NCBI GenBank assembly: GCA_965205015.1
Contig: OZ242029.1
Location: forward strand, 512,001-576,000
Direction of reading: 5' to 3'
Length of the DNA stretch: 64,000 bases
Origin: Candidatus Poribacteria bacterium
GTDB lineage: Bacteria; Poribacteria; WGA-4E; WGA-3G
Shown in pieces: positions 29,982 through 39,811 of the stretch (position 1 is the stretch's first letter; each line of letters opens with the position of its first letter). Position numbers and translations under genes: made by a program. Below the pieces are notes generated by a model. It ran no database searches and was not told the origin of the DNA. It saw only the letters and a list, made by a program, of their open reading frames with translations.

Positions 29982-30698
29982 ATGCAACATAACGACGATA
30001 AGTTGGTTCAACTCACTCTGGAAGGCGATCATCATGCTTTTGCCGCTTTGGTAGAGAAATATCAATCGAAGATTCACGCGCTTGTCTGGAGAAAAATCGG
30101 GGATTTTCACATCGCAGAAGACATTACGCAAGAGGTATTCCTCACGGCGTATCAAAAACTCGCCACCTTGATGCACCCCGACCGATTTGCAAAATGGCTC
30201 TATGTCATCGCCAATAACCTGTGCGTCACGTGGCTCCGAAAACAAGCCGCTCAACCGCAACTGGAGTCGCTAACATCAGCCGATCCCGAAGAACTCGCAG
30301 AATTGTGTTATGCCGAGTACACAGCACAACAGCAGGAGGAAAGGGGAAAAGAATCGAATCGCGCCTTGATTCAAAAACTCCTCGATAAACTCCGAGAGGC
30401 TGATCGGACAGTGATCCATCTTTACTATCTCGCTGAAATGACCTGTGAGGAGATTAGCAAGTTTTTGGGCGTATCTCAGAACACAATTAAGAGCCGTCTG
30501 AGTCGTGCGCGGAAACGATTAAAAAAGCAGGCTAAAGCGATCGAACAAACGTTCTGTAGTTTCCGATTGTCTCTTAATTTTATGGAGACATTATTCGTGA
30601 ATTTGGTATTCCCAAGTTTTGGAATGCGCCTACATCCAGTCAAATCGCGCAGTTTCCAACACTCCCATCCAAATACCCCCTACGATTTCCGCGCTTAG
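29982..30698 (+). CDS. ECF sigma factor, short or truncated member of the fusion family
   Basis: Complete sigma regions 2 and 4; only the start of the linker (SFRLSLNF) remains. Confidence 0.85.
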   Translation: MQHNDDKLVQLTLEGDHHAFAALVEKYQSKIHALVWRKIGDFHIAEDITQEVFLTAYQKLATLMHPDRFAKWLYVIANNLCVTWLRKQAAQPQLESLTSADPEELAELCYAEYTAQQQEERGKESNRALIQKLLDKLREADRTVIHLYYLAEMTCEEISKFLGVSQNTIKSRLSRARKRLKKQAKAIEQTFCSFRLSLNFMETLFVNLVFPSFGMRLHPVKSRSFQHSHPNTPYDFRA

Positions 30699-30709
30699 AG
30701 AGGAAAAAG

Positions 30710-31183
30710 ATGATTCAAAAGATCGAGGAACAAGATGGCTACATGTTGCTCTATTTCGGAGAACCGCCAGCAGATGTAGGAAAGATTGAGTTTGTCAATT
30801 GTCTCGCACATCAACAGAACCAGATACTCTTCTGTAAATGGCGTGATAACGACATTTGGACGCTGCCGGGAGGGCGCGCCGAATCCGGGGAAACGGCGGA
30901 GGAAACCGCACATCGAGAACTTCTCGAAGAGACAGGTGCAACGCTGAAAAACCTTGAAGTGCTGTGTTACATTCACTGTTTCATGTTCAATCTCGAATAC
31001 TGGGGAATTGCTTACTTGGGAGAAATAGAGGCGTTAGGTCGTCCACTCGATCTTGAGGAAGTCAGTGAAGCGAGGCTGTTCTCACACTTTCCAGAAAACC
31101 CGACCCATCCAGGACCGTTCGAGAATCAGAGTAAAGCGTTATATCTTGCCGCACTGCGTAAACTATCAGGCACAAAAGATTAG
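30710..31183 (+). CDS. NUDIX hydrolase
   Basis: PGGRAESGETAEETAHRELLEETG Nudix box. Confidence 0.93.
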   Translation: MIQKIEEQDGYMLLYFGEPPADVGKIEFVNCLAHQQNQILFCKWRDNDIWTLPGGRAESGETAEETAHRELLEETGATLKNLEVLCYIHCFMFNLEYWGIAYLGEIEALGRPLDLEEVSEARLFSHFPENPTHPGPFENQSKALYLAALRKLSGTKD

Positions 31184-31280
31184 GTCCAAGACCTACCGAA
31201 GGTGAAAGGAGTAGGGACTTACAAATTTCTGATGAATTTTCGTCAGTGTGGGTTAAACCCTTGATGAGGGAGATTTAATT

Positions 31281-31383
31281 TATGGTGAAACCTAAAAATA
31301 AATAGACACTTTCGCCCCGCGGTAGGCGAGGTTTCCTAACCTCGCCTGTGCAGCGTGCCTAATTAATCCTAAAATCTACCATA
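31281..31383. mobile_element. MITE-like element carrying a GTAG-type REP palindrome
   Basis: TATGGT...ACCATA inverted termini with AT-rich subterminal similarity; internal GTAGGCGAGGTTTCCTAACCTCGCC. Confidence 0.6.
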
Positions 31384-31437
31384 GTTCGCAAAACTGCTAA
31401 ACACATCATAGACACACTATAAAAAAATGAGGGGATA

Positions 31438-33510
31438 ATGGAAAAAGTTGGACGAGTGCGTTGGGCACGCGCACTCATTTGGATGCCGATGCTGCTTTTG
31501 GTGCCTATATCACTTTTCGCAAATACACAAAAGACAAGGCGCACGCTTCGTGCGGTATGGACGGAGACCCCGCCCGTTATTGATGGAAATTTAACAGAAC
31601 CTGTCTGGCAACACGCCGATATCGCAACCAATTTCTTCCGGGCAAAGGAGGGAGAGACATATCCCGCCGAATTAGACACCGAAATTCGGGTGCTGTACGA
31701 TGAAAATATGCTCTATATCGGTGTGCGCTGTGAGGAGCCGGACATGAAAAGCCTCCGGGAAACCCTAACCCGTCGGGATTCCTTCGTCTGGCAGAACGAC
31801 TGTATCGAGGTGATGCTCGATACCTATCACGACCGGCGCAACTGCTATATTTTTGCAATCAATACACTCGGCACACAGGCGGATGAGAGAGTCGGCAATG
31901 AAAGCGTTTTTGACATGAGTTGGGATGCAAAATGGGAAGCGAAAGTAAAAAAACACTCGGATCATTGGACAGCAGAATTTGCGATTCCGTTCCGTGAGGT
32001 CCGTTTTAATCGACGGAATACCACCTGGGGCATCAACTTTTGGCGGGTACGTCCGATAAATAGTCAATCCCATTCATGGGCAGAGACGGCTTTTTTCTCG
32101 CGCGTATCGGAATATGGCAATTTAACGGGATTGGATTTAGAAAGGGTCAAAACAGAGCAAAAAGTTGGGATTCTTCCGTATGGCAGTTATCGTGCACTCG
32201 TGGATCGTCCCAACGATCTTGATGGCGGATTGGACCTGATTCTTCCGATCTCGACACATCTGACCTCGAATGTAACGCTCAATCCTGATTTTTCACAGTT
32301 GGAGAGCGATCCGACGCAAATTAACGTCTCAAGCGACCGGGAGTTGTTTCTCCCAGAACGCCGCCCGTTTTTCAGGGAGGGTGCTGAGTTATTTGAGTTA
32401 CCGCTGGATTTATTCTATACCCGGCGCGTCCAAGAAATTGATGTGGGCGCGAAAACGACGGGTAGAATTGGGGATTCCAATTTCGCCGTCATCAATACCT
32501 ACGGCAAAATGATCGACCGGTACGATGGAGATGAGAAAAAGCAGGTGAATCTCTTAGCCGGTCGGATTAATCACGATATCGGTGAGAGAACTGTCGTCGG
32601 CGCGATGGGGATCCATAAACACCAAGCCGATCGAGATGTCGCGCTCCTATCGCTCAATGGGCGGTTTGGATTGCATCGAGACTGGACGGCGGCGTCGCAG
32701 TACGCTGTGGATTGGGTCGATGGCGAGATGCACTGGGCGTACCACACCGCCACGGAATGGATTCACGAAGGGTGGCTGGGCGAGGTTCAGCTTGAAGAAA
32801 TTCAGGACGGCTTTCGTCCAAACGAGATGGGGCTCGAAGAGGAGGCGTTCCGTCGGGCGCGCGCACGGCTCAGGTACAGATATGAGTTTCCGGAGGCACA
32901 TTTCGTGGAATCTGTTTGGATTGATACACGTCATTTTTATCAAACCAATGCCCAAAGGCTGCTACGGGAACGGCTGAGCGAATCCCGTTTCTACATTGAC
33001 ATCGGGCGGTTTAACTTCTTCACTTCGGGTGGGTTCGGGCGGCTTCGCGAAGTCGGTCAACTTTTTGATACCAAGTTTATTCGATCAGAGATTGATTATC
33101 AGGCACCGTGGGGACAATTGTCGGTCATAAATCGGTTCGGTGTCCGTCGAAATGAATTCAATCGGTTCACCAGTTTCTCTGGAGGCGTCAACCTCTCCGG
33201 AAAACTTACCATCGATCTGGATCTCGATAATTTCTTTTGGCGTGCACACCGAAATACGCTTATTTTCCGGCTCCGCAGCAATTACCAATTTACCCAAAAG
33301 ATCGGTTGGCGTATCTTCGTTGAACGTGTAGATGAACGGATGGTAGATGAGATCACCTACAACTTCAATTCTATCTTCGATTACGAATTCACGCCGGAAA
33401 GCCACTTCTTCTTTGTGGTTGTTGATAGCCTGCCTGGGGATCGGGCTGTGTTTGCGAAATTGGCATATCTTTTTGAACCGAGTCTTCCAACTTTCGCTCA
33501 GTTTAATTGA
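31438..33510 (+). CDS. CBM9-like domain plus DUF5916-like beta-barrel outer-membrane protein
   Basis: PVIDGNL.E..W, YD...LYIG, W.AEFAIPF, NPDFSQLE.D, PERRPFF.EG, FYTRR. Confidence 0.82.
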   Translation: MEKVGRVRWARALIWMPMLLLVPISLFANTQKTRRTLRAVWTETPPVIDGNLTEPVWQHADIATNFFRAKEGETYPAELDTEIRVLYDENMLYIGVRCEEPDMKSLRETLTRRDSFVWQNDCIEVMLDTYHDRRNCYIFAINTLGTQADERVGNESVFDMSWDAKWEAKVKKHSDHWTAEFAIPFREVRFNRRNTTWGINFWRVRPINSQSHSWAETAFFSRVSEYGNLTGLDLERVKTEQKVGILPYGSYRALVDRPNDLDGGLDLILPISTHLTSNVTLNPDFSQLESDPTQINVSSDRELFLPERRPFFREGAELFELPLDLFYTRRVQEIDVGAKTTGRIGDSNFAVINTYGKMIDRYDGDEKKQVNLLAGRINHDIGERTVVGAMGIHKHQADRDVALLSLNGRFGLHRDWTAASQYAVDWVDGEMHWAYHTATEWIHEGWLGEVQLEEIQDGFRPNEMGLEEEAFRRARARLRYRYEFPEAHFVESVWIDTRHFYQTNAQRLLRERLSESRFYIDIGRFNFFTSGGFGRLREVGQLFDTKFIRSEIDYQAPWGQLSVINRFGVRRNEFNRFTSFSGGVNLSGKLTIDLDLDNFFWRAHRNTLIFRLRSNYQFTQKIGWRIFVERVDERMVDEITYNFNSIFDYEFTPESHFFFVVVDSLPGDRAVFAKLAYLFEPSLPTFAQFN

Positions 33511-33570
33511 AGAGGATTCAGCGGCGTTACCGGACTGCCAGGAAAAGGGATGTTGAACAAAGGAAACCCG

Positions 33571-34326
33571 ATGTCAAATACTGAACTCAAGACCACGTTT
33601 AATACTGCTCCAACGCTCTATGAAGATGTCCGACCCGGATATCCTGAAGAACTGATCCAGGATGTCTTGGACCTCTCTGGACTCAACGACTGCAGTAGAA
33701 TCCTTGAGGTTGGCTGCGGGACAGGCAAAGCGACGCGCCCCTTTGCTGAATGCGGATACGAATTGGTTTGTCTGGATATTGGTGCCGATTTAATCGCCGT
33801 TGCAAAAGAAAAGTTGAAGGCGTTTCCAAACGTTTCGTTTATAGAACAAGCATTTGAGGAATGGGAATCGGACGGAAAGTTTGACCTGATTATCTCTGCC
33901 ACCGCCTTTCATTGGGTAAATCCAAAAGTGAGATACTTGAAAGCATTCGAGGTGCTTAAATCAAAGGGTCTCCTCGCCGTTTTCTCGAACCAGCACGTCA
34001 GAAAAGACGAAGGATTCTTTGCGGAAAGTCAGCGTCTCTACAACAAATACTACGCGCCGCTGACCACGAATCGTCCGACACACGCCACAAACTTTCCGGG
34101 TGTGGAAGCCTTTCAAGCGCCAATTAAACGCGTCTACCCATGGACACAAACGTATTCATCTGAGCAGTATATCAAACTTTTGGGGACTTATTCAGGACAC
34201 ATCGCGTTGCCGGACGAAAATAAACGTCTTCTGTTTGACGGAATTACCAATCTCATTGAGACAAAGTACAATGGACGGATCACCAAACACTACGAAGCCG
34301 TTCTTGACCTACGGGAGACAAAATGA
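33571..34326 (+). CDS. Class I SAM-dependent methyltransferase
   Basis: RPGYP, ILEVGCGTG, FDLI.SATAFHW; the start could also be 33550. Confidence 0.9.
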   Translation: MSNTELKTTFNTAPTLYEDVRPGYPEELIQDVLDLSGLNDCSRILEVGCGTGKATRPFAECGYELVCLDIGADLIAVAKEKLKAFPNVSFIEQAFEEWESDGKFDLIISATAFHWVNPKVRYLKAFEVLKSKGLLAVFSNQHVRKDEGFFAESQRLYNKYYAPLTTNRPTHATNFPGVEAFQAPIKRVYPWTQTYSSEQYIKLLGTYSGHIALPDENKRLLFDGITNLIETKYNGRITKHYEAVLDLRETK

Positions 34327-35399
34327 AAATTACAAAAGTTGAGACATTCCAGATTGAGACCCCGCGTTATTACGGTCACGTATCAGGTCATGTGATCGTC
34401 AAAGTTCACGTAGACGATGGTCCTGTGGGGTTAGGAGAAGCCTCAGACAGTCGGGCTGACGATTTAGGCGCAGTAACCAAACGCTATAACGATTTACTCG
34501 TCGGACGTGATGCGACCCGTATCACCGAGATCAACGAGTTGTTACAGACACAGAACTTCGATAGCACGGTGAGCAATCTACACCTCGCCTCCGCCATTGA
34601 TCTCGCACTCTACGACCTGAACGGTAAGATCCAAGGGGTGCCGGCTTACCAAATGCTCGGCGGTAAGATGCGAGATAGCGTCTATTGCTGCTATCCAATC
34701 TTCGGATGGCAAGTCACCGAGGGCTTTGAAAAAGCCGCGGGTTATCTGCAACGGTTGGTAGACCTCGGACACCATCTCTTCCGCTACTACGTGTCGGGGG
34801 ACAGCGCGCTGGATGATCGATTCCTGACTGAGATGACGTTGAGGTTTAGCGAGCAGATCAAGCTCAAACAGATCGATTTCTCCGGTCGCTTTAACGACTG
34901 GGAAACCGCCTTACGCTATGCCGATGTCCTTCGGCATCACACCCCCTATCACTTTGAACAACCCTCACGGAACCTGCGCGTGTGTGCGGAGTTCACCAAA
35001 CGCATCGACCTACCTGTGAGTCTGCACATCGGTAGTTTAGAATACGGGTATGAGGCAGCCGAGCGCGGTGCTTGCACAGTTTTCAATGTAGCGTGCGTCG
35101 CAGGAGGTCCGACCCATATCCGTCGCTTGTTCGCGTTGGCGGAGGCAGCCGGGTTTCGGTGTCTGATTGGTACAGATCAGGAATCGACGCTCGGAACAGC
35201 CGCACAAATCCACGTCGGTGTTTCAATGCCCAACCTTGCCCTGCCCTGTGATCCGATGGGACCCGTGCTCTATACAGCATCGCCAGCGAAGGAACGCATC
35301 CGAGCAGAAGCCAGCCATCTCTATCCACCCGAAAGACCGGGCTTAGGGGTCGAATTAGATTCGGACAAACTGAAGGCACTAACAGTTGCCTCAGCATAA
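34323..35399 (+). CDS. Enolase superfamily dehydratase, galactarate dehydratase-II-like
   Basis: MR/MLE N-terminal motif AIDLALYDL.GK; RxY (FRYY) in place of KxK; CYPIF, IDFS, GTDQE. Confidence 0.8.
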   Translation: MKITKVETFQIETPRYYGHVSGHVIVKVHVDDGPVGLGEASDSRADDLGAVTKRYNDLLVGRDATRITEINELLQTQNFDSTVSNLHLASAIDLALYDLNGKIQGVPAYQMLGGKMRDSVYCCYPIFGWQVTEGFEKAAGYLQRLVDLGHHLFRYYVSGDSALDDRFLTEMTLRFSEQIKLKQIDFSGRFNDWETALRYADVLRHHTPYHFEQPSRNLRVCAEFTKRIDLPVSLHIGSLEYGYEAAERGACTVFNVACVAGGPTHIRRLFALAEAAGFRCLIGTDQESTLGTAAQIHVGVSMPNLALPCDPMGPVLYTASPAKERIRAEASHLYPPERPGLGVELDSDKLKALTVASA

Positions 35400-35515
35400 C
35401 ATTTCGACTGTGAACTTAGGAATGGTTTCTGAATATAGCAATATCCTTTGTAGGACCGATCTCCTGACCCCAACCTTTTCCGACAATCGAAAACTCATAG
35501 TTGACAACCATTCAA

Positions 35516-35544
35516 TTGACATCTATTCCTAATCGTGATAGGCT
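35516..35544 (+). promoter_or_regulatory. Sigma70-type promoter
   Basis: TTGACA-17 nt-TAGGCT with extended TG. Confidence 0.6.
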
Positions 35545-35618
35545 AATGTGACTTCGGCATCTGCATACCGAAGTGAAAATAGAATCCACATTGAAAATTG
35601 TTTATAGGAGGAAAAAGC

Positions 35619-35939
35619 ATGTTTGTTATCATCGCACCGATTCAGATTAAGGAAGGTCACAGAGATGCGTTCGTCGAATCGATGATAGACGACGCGAAAG
35701 GCTCCGTTGAGAACGAACCCGGTTGCCTGAGATTTGATGTGATTCAAGATGGTGCCGATCCAAACCGGATCTGGCTCTATGAAGTTTACGTGGACGAGGC
35801 AGCGTTCCAAGAACATCTGAAAGCTCCGCACTTCATCAAATGGCGGGATACCGTCAAGGATTGGTTTGCTGAGAGCGAATTTAAAGGCGCAGGCAGCGGA
35901 AGTTCCATGATCTATCCGCCAGATGACGACTGGAAGTAG
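35619..35939 (+). CDS. ABM / putative quinol monooxygenase (LsrG-like)
   Basis: EPGCLRFDV, LYEVY.D..AF..H..APHF; AGGAGG RBS. Confidence 0.88.
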   Translation: MFVIIAPIQIKEGHRDAFVESMIDDAKGSVENEPGCLRFDVIQDGADPNRIWLYEVYVDEAAFQEHLKAPHFIKWRDTVKDWFAESEFKGAGSGSSMIYPPDDDWK

Positions 35940-35945
35940 CCAATT

Positions 35946-36317
35946 TTGATAGTTGATGCACTGTCCATAGTTTCACCGTCCGTGCAGCGTATTGTTGCAG
36001 GAAAAAAGATGGTCGAAATCCGGCGTTGGCTGCCGCCGAAGATCCCCTTTCTCAATCTCGTGCTTGTAGAAAATGAGATTTATCTGACCGAAGAGGGACA
36101 AGAAGACCCGAACGGACTGGCACGCGCAATTGTCGATATTACAGGCATTCACGATTGGACCCCTGAAGAAGCGGAATCGCAAGGAGTAGAGTGGATCCCT
36201 AACTATGTGTGTTGGGAACTCTCAAATGTGAGGCGTATAGAGCCACCTATCCCATGTGTCGCTCGACGGAAAATCTATAAAATCGACATTGACGCGCGCC
36301 TCCCTATGGGTCGTTAA
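35946..36317 (+). CDS. ASCH domain protein
   Basis: ALSI..P....I..GKK.VEIR.W, W.L.NVR. Confidence 0.85.
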   Translation: MIVDALSIVSPSVQRIVAGKKMVEIRRWLPPKIPFLNLVLVENEIYLTEEGQEDPNGLARAIVDITGIHDWTPEEAESQGVEWIPNYVCWELSNVRRIEPPIPCVARRKIYKIDIDARLPMGR

Positions 36318-36358
36318 GACCTAATCGTTGAAGTACCAATTGGAGTTCGATAGGAGCG

Positions 36359-36985
36359 TTGACCGACATGATGCAATTCACTGACGGACTTGTGAAGTCA
36401 TACGAGAAGTACGCCCATGAAAGAGCATCTCATTCTCCTGACACATTCAAGGTCCGGGAGCGATCAGAATTTCTAAAATTCTCGCAGGATGAGGGCCGAG
36501 AGACGCTCCTTGAAATTGGGTGTGGTCCCGGCGCGGATGCGCTGTTTTTTCAAAATCAAGGGCTCCGCGTTCTGGCGGTGGACAATGCACCAACAATGGT
36601 GCAACTCACCACAGAAAAGGGGGTCCCTGCGCGAGTCTTGGATTGCTACAATCTTGACGAGATTAATGAGCGTTTTGATGCGGTATATACGATGAATTGT
36701 CTCCTGCACATACCGAAGCGGGACTTTGATCAGGTTTTAGATTTAATTTCAGGGCGACTCAACGAAAACGGTATAATGTATATTGGTATTTGGGGAGACC
36801 AAAACTTTGAGGGTATCTGGGAAAAAGACAGATATGAGCCGAAACGGTTTTTCTCTTTCTGGAAGACAGAGGCACTTCTTGAAGTCCTACAACGATCATT
36901 TAAGTTAGAGTACTACCGAAGATTAGAGCCTCATGAAGGCAGGATATTCAATTCTATTGTTGTCCGTAAACACATGGAGGTTTAA
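36359..36985 (+). CDS. Class I SAM-dependent methyltransferase
   Basis: LLEIGCGPG, FDAVY.MNCLLH. Confidence 0.9.
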   Translation: MTDMMQFTDGLVKSYEKYAHERASHSPDTFKVRERSEFLKFSQDEGRETLLEIGCGPGADALFFQNQGLRVLAVDNAPTMVQLTTEKGVPARVLDCYNLDEINERFDAVYTMNCLLHIPKRDFDQVLDLISGRLNENGIMYIGIWGDQNFEGIWEKDRYEPKRFFSFWKTEALLEVLQRSFKLEYYRRLEPHEGRIFNSIVVRKHMEV

Positions 36986-36986
36986 A

Positions 36987-37751
36987 GTGAAACGAATAGT
37001 TTCCTATATTCTGAGCGTGGCATTCATTTTGATATTTCCCTTCGTAACCGAAGCGATTGAGGATGATGCAATGGTCCTCTACTACCCGTTTGACGAAGGA
37101 AAGGGAAAAGAGATTGAAGACCTGAGCGGCAAGGGGAACCACGGCACGCTCGAAGGCGATGCCAAATGGGAGAAAAACGGAAAGGTCAATTCGGGGGTAT
37201 TTTTTAACGAACAGATTCAGAAAGGGGTCGTCGCCGCGGAAGCGTCTGACAGTCTGGCGATTACCAAGAACTTGACGATGGAGGTATGGGTATACCCAGA
37301 GAGCGTCGGCGATTATCGTAATGTGCGCGGACAGGCGGGACCCCATACGTATTATCTGAGTATCCATCAAGGTAGACCCTCAGTGTGGATGGGATGCCCT
37401 GGTGCTGGGGGACGCACCTGGAACAGCACAAAAAACGAGATTCCGAACGATAAGTGGTCGCACGTTGCCGCAGTTTACGAGTTCAATAAGGAACTTCGAC
37501 TCTATATCAACGGCAAACTTGACAATACCTATAAAGTGCAAGGCGAAATTCCGGTTTCCCAAAACGATCACTGGTTCGGCAATCGCTTGGATGGTCCGTG
37601 GCCCTATGGCGGAAAGCTCGATGAATTCGTCATCTATAACCGTGTCTTAACTGAAGATGAGATTCAGCAAGACATGGAGCAGGTATTGAGTGTATCACCG
37701 TTGGACAAAGCCACGACGACCTGGGGACTGCTCAAAAAGGTTAAAAGATAA
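36987..37751 (+). CDS. Exported LamG-like protein with a TTTWG C-terminal motif
   Basis: Signal peptide, YYPFDEG.G...DLSG.GNHG, WSHVAAVY, LYING, LDEF.IYNRVL; ends VSPLDKATTTWGLLK. GTG start after GGAGG. Confidence 0.88.
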   Translation: MKRIVSYILSVAFILIFPFVTEAIEDDAMVLYYPFDEGKGKEIEDLSGKGNHGTLEGDAKWEKNGKVNSGVFFNEQIQKGVVAAEASDSLAITKNLTMEVWVYPESVGDYRNVRGQAGPHTYYLSIHQGRPSVWMGCPGAGGRTWNSTKNEIPNDKWSHVAAVYEFNKELRLYINGKLDNTYKVQGEIPVSQNDHWFGNRLDGPWPYGGKLDEFVIYNRVLTEDEIQQDMEQVLSVSPLDKATTTWGLLKKVKR

Positions 37752-37779
37752 GCGTCCGACTTTAAGCAAAGAAAGGAAT

Positions 37780-38478
37780 ATGTTGGACATTAGATTGGCG
37801 CGCTCAGATGATGCGGAAGCAATCCATCTAATATTACAGGAAACATGGGGAGACTCACTTCTGTTTGACGTGTTCATGGATCATATTTCGTCGCCTGAGC
37901 ATCAGGTCTTCGTTGCAGTGGATGGTGGCGAAAGCGCAGGGTTTCTTTCCGCGTTTCTGGTCCCTAGTCCAGTCCCTCGATGGGAAATAGATCTTATCGT
38001 TGTCGGTTCTACGCGTCGAGGAAAGGGAATAGGAACTTCTCTCATTGCGGAAGCGTTGGCATACGGTTCTCATCTCGGCGTGCAGTGGGCTAAGGCATCC
38101 ATCCGCATTGATAATTATGCAAGTCAGCGCGCCTTTTCCAAGACGGGCTTTAGGGTAGACACTCAAGTGCGTAGTCTTCTTCTTTGGGATCCGTTGGCTT
38201 GCGAATCTCCTCCTGATGTGCCTGAGATTGTTCGTTTTATACCTGTCGATACATTAACCTATCGCGGGTTGTGGATTGAGGGGTTTATTGAGTCTCACTT
38301 ATTCCTGAAGGAACAACACAATGTGATCCGCGCGGCTCGAAATTCTATTTTTCATGAGGACCGCTTAAATACAGGATTGTTTATACCAGACAGTTTCAAA
38401 CACACGCTCGCGCCGGATCTATTAACCTCCGCTACCGATTTTGGTCAATATCACCGGTGGGCGTATACATACAAATAG
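37780..38478 (+). CDS. GNAT acetyltransferase
   Basis: RRGKGIG.SLI, N.ASQ..F.K.GF. Confidence 0.85.
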   Translation: MLDIRLARSDDAEAIHLILQETWGDSLLFDVFMDHISSPEHQVFVAVDGGESAGFLSAFLVPSPVPRWEIDLIVVGSTRRGKGIGTSLIAEALAYGSHLGVQWAKASIRIDNYASQRAFSKTGFRVDTQVRSLLLWDPLACESPPDVPEIVRFIPVDTLTYRGLWIEGFIESHLFLKEQHNVIRAARNSIFHEDRLNTGLFIPDSFKHTLAPDLLTSATDFGQYHRWAYTYK

Positions 38479-38486
38479 AAATTGCT

Positions 38487-39206
38487 ATGCCACAATCGTC
38501 GCTTCCAGTTGGAAACACCGTCCAACCTATCGCTCATGTTGACTTGCCTCAAAAGACAGACTACGTCGGTAAATTCATTACCCTGTCTTCAGTCGATCCA
38601 CAAGCCGATGTTGCGGAACTCTATGCGTGTTCTCACGGTTCAGATATAACGGAGCAAATCTGGACCTACATGAGTTACGGTCCCTTTGACAACAGATACA
38701 GCATGCAGCACTGGCTTGAGGAAGGTGCAGAATCGACAGACCCACTCTTCTTTACCGTCCATCACCATGAATCGAAGCAACGCGTGGGAATGGTAAGTTT
38801 CCTGAATATCACTTCGGATATGCGACGATTGGAACTCGGACACTTATGGTATTCACCGACCTCTCAGCGATCAAACGTAAACACGGAAGCCATATACTTA
38901 ATGCTCTGCGAGGCTTTCGATAGGCTGAAATACCGACGCGTTGAATGGAAATGCGATTCTTTAAATGCGCGTTCTCGATCGGCAGCACTGCGTCTCGGTT
39001 TCAAGTTTGAAGGCATTTTCAGACAGCACCTGATTATAAAAGGACGAAACAGGGATACGGCTTGGTATTCAATGTTGGACAGCGAATGGACTGCTATTAA
39101 GAAGAACATGGAGACGTGGTTGTATCAGAACCCCGATCGAAAATTGTCCTTAACAGCACTCAATAAGAATAAAATTCATAGTGAAGTAAGGAGGAGAAAT
39201 AAATGA
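38487..39206 (+). CDS. RimJ/RimL-like GNAT protein
   Basis: LELGHLW, YRRVEWKCDSLN.RS..AA.RLGF.FEG.FRQH, GRNRDTAW. Confidence 0.9.
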   Translation: MPQSSLPVGNTVQPIAHVDLPQKTDYVGKFITLSSVDPQADVAELYACSHGSDITEQIWTYMSYGPFDNRYSMQHWLEEGAESTDPLFFTVHHHESKQRVGMVSFLNITSDMRRLELGHLWYSPTSQRSNVNTEAIYLMLCEAFDRLKYRRVEWKCDSLNARSRSAALRLGFKFEGIFRQHLIIKGRNRDTAWYSMLDSEWTAIKKNMETWLYQNPDRKLSLTALNKNKIHSEVRRRNK

Positions 39207-39721
39207 AGAGATTTTCGATCATTAGTATTATATGTACATTTTCGCTAATTATAGTCTTCAGTGCGATTTTTTTCGGAGCATTTGTTGCTAATGAAAGCAA
39301 AGCACAGATAAAACCAATCAAGCCAATACCGCCAAAATACGCAGATGCCTTAAATTTGACGTTTGCAGAGGTTTGGGATATACTCAAAATCAAGGCAAAA
39401 ACTGACCTTTGGAACGCCTCTATTATTGCTGATAATAGTAAAAACACGCTCCTTGGTAAAATAAGTTCAAAATACGATAGCGATTCCGTTTTTAATAATT
39501 ATGGTGATTATGGCAGTAAATATGGAAGTAATTCCATTTGGAATCAGTATGGTGATTATGGCAGTAAATATAGTCAACATAGCGCCTTTAACAGGAACAC
39601 TTTTTCGCCGCCATACATTGTGAAAAATCAAACAATTATAGGTCGCCTTACACTTAATAATTCAATACCGGGAGCAATAGATCCGTATTTACTTAAGGCC
39701 TTATTCCCTGATGAACTATAA
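39203..39721 (+). CDS. Exported hypothetical protein with a duplicated YGDYGSKY motif
   Basis: Hydrophobic N-terminus; NNYGDYGSKYG and NQYGDYGSKYS; AT-rich. Confidence 0.7.
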   Translation: MKRFSIISIICTFSLIIVFSAIFFGAFVANESKAQIKPIKPIPPKYADALNLTFAEVWDILKIKAKTDLWNASIIADNSKNTLLGKISSKYDSDSVFNNYGDYGSKYGSNSIWNQYGDYGSKYSQHSAFNRNTFSPPYIVKNQTIIGRLTLNNSIPGAIDPYLLKALFPDEL

Positions 39722-39811
39722 TTAACGTGAGTTGAAAAATAAAATACACCTATAAATGTAGGTTCGGTTGGGCATACGTGAAATCCAACATCATATCTAA
39801 AAGGCAGCTCC

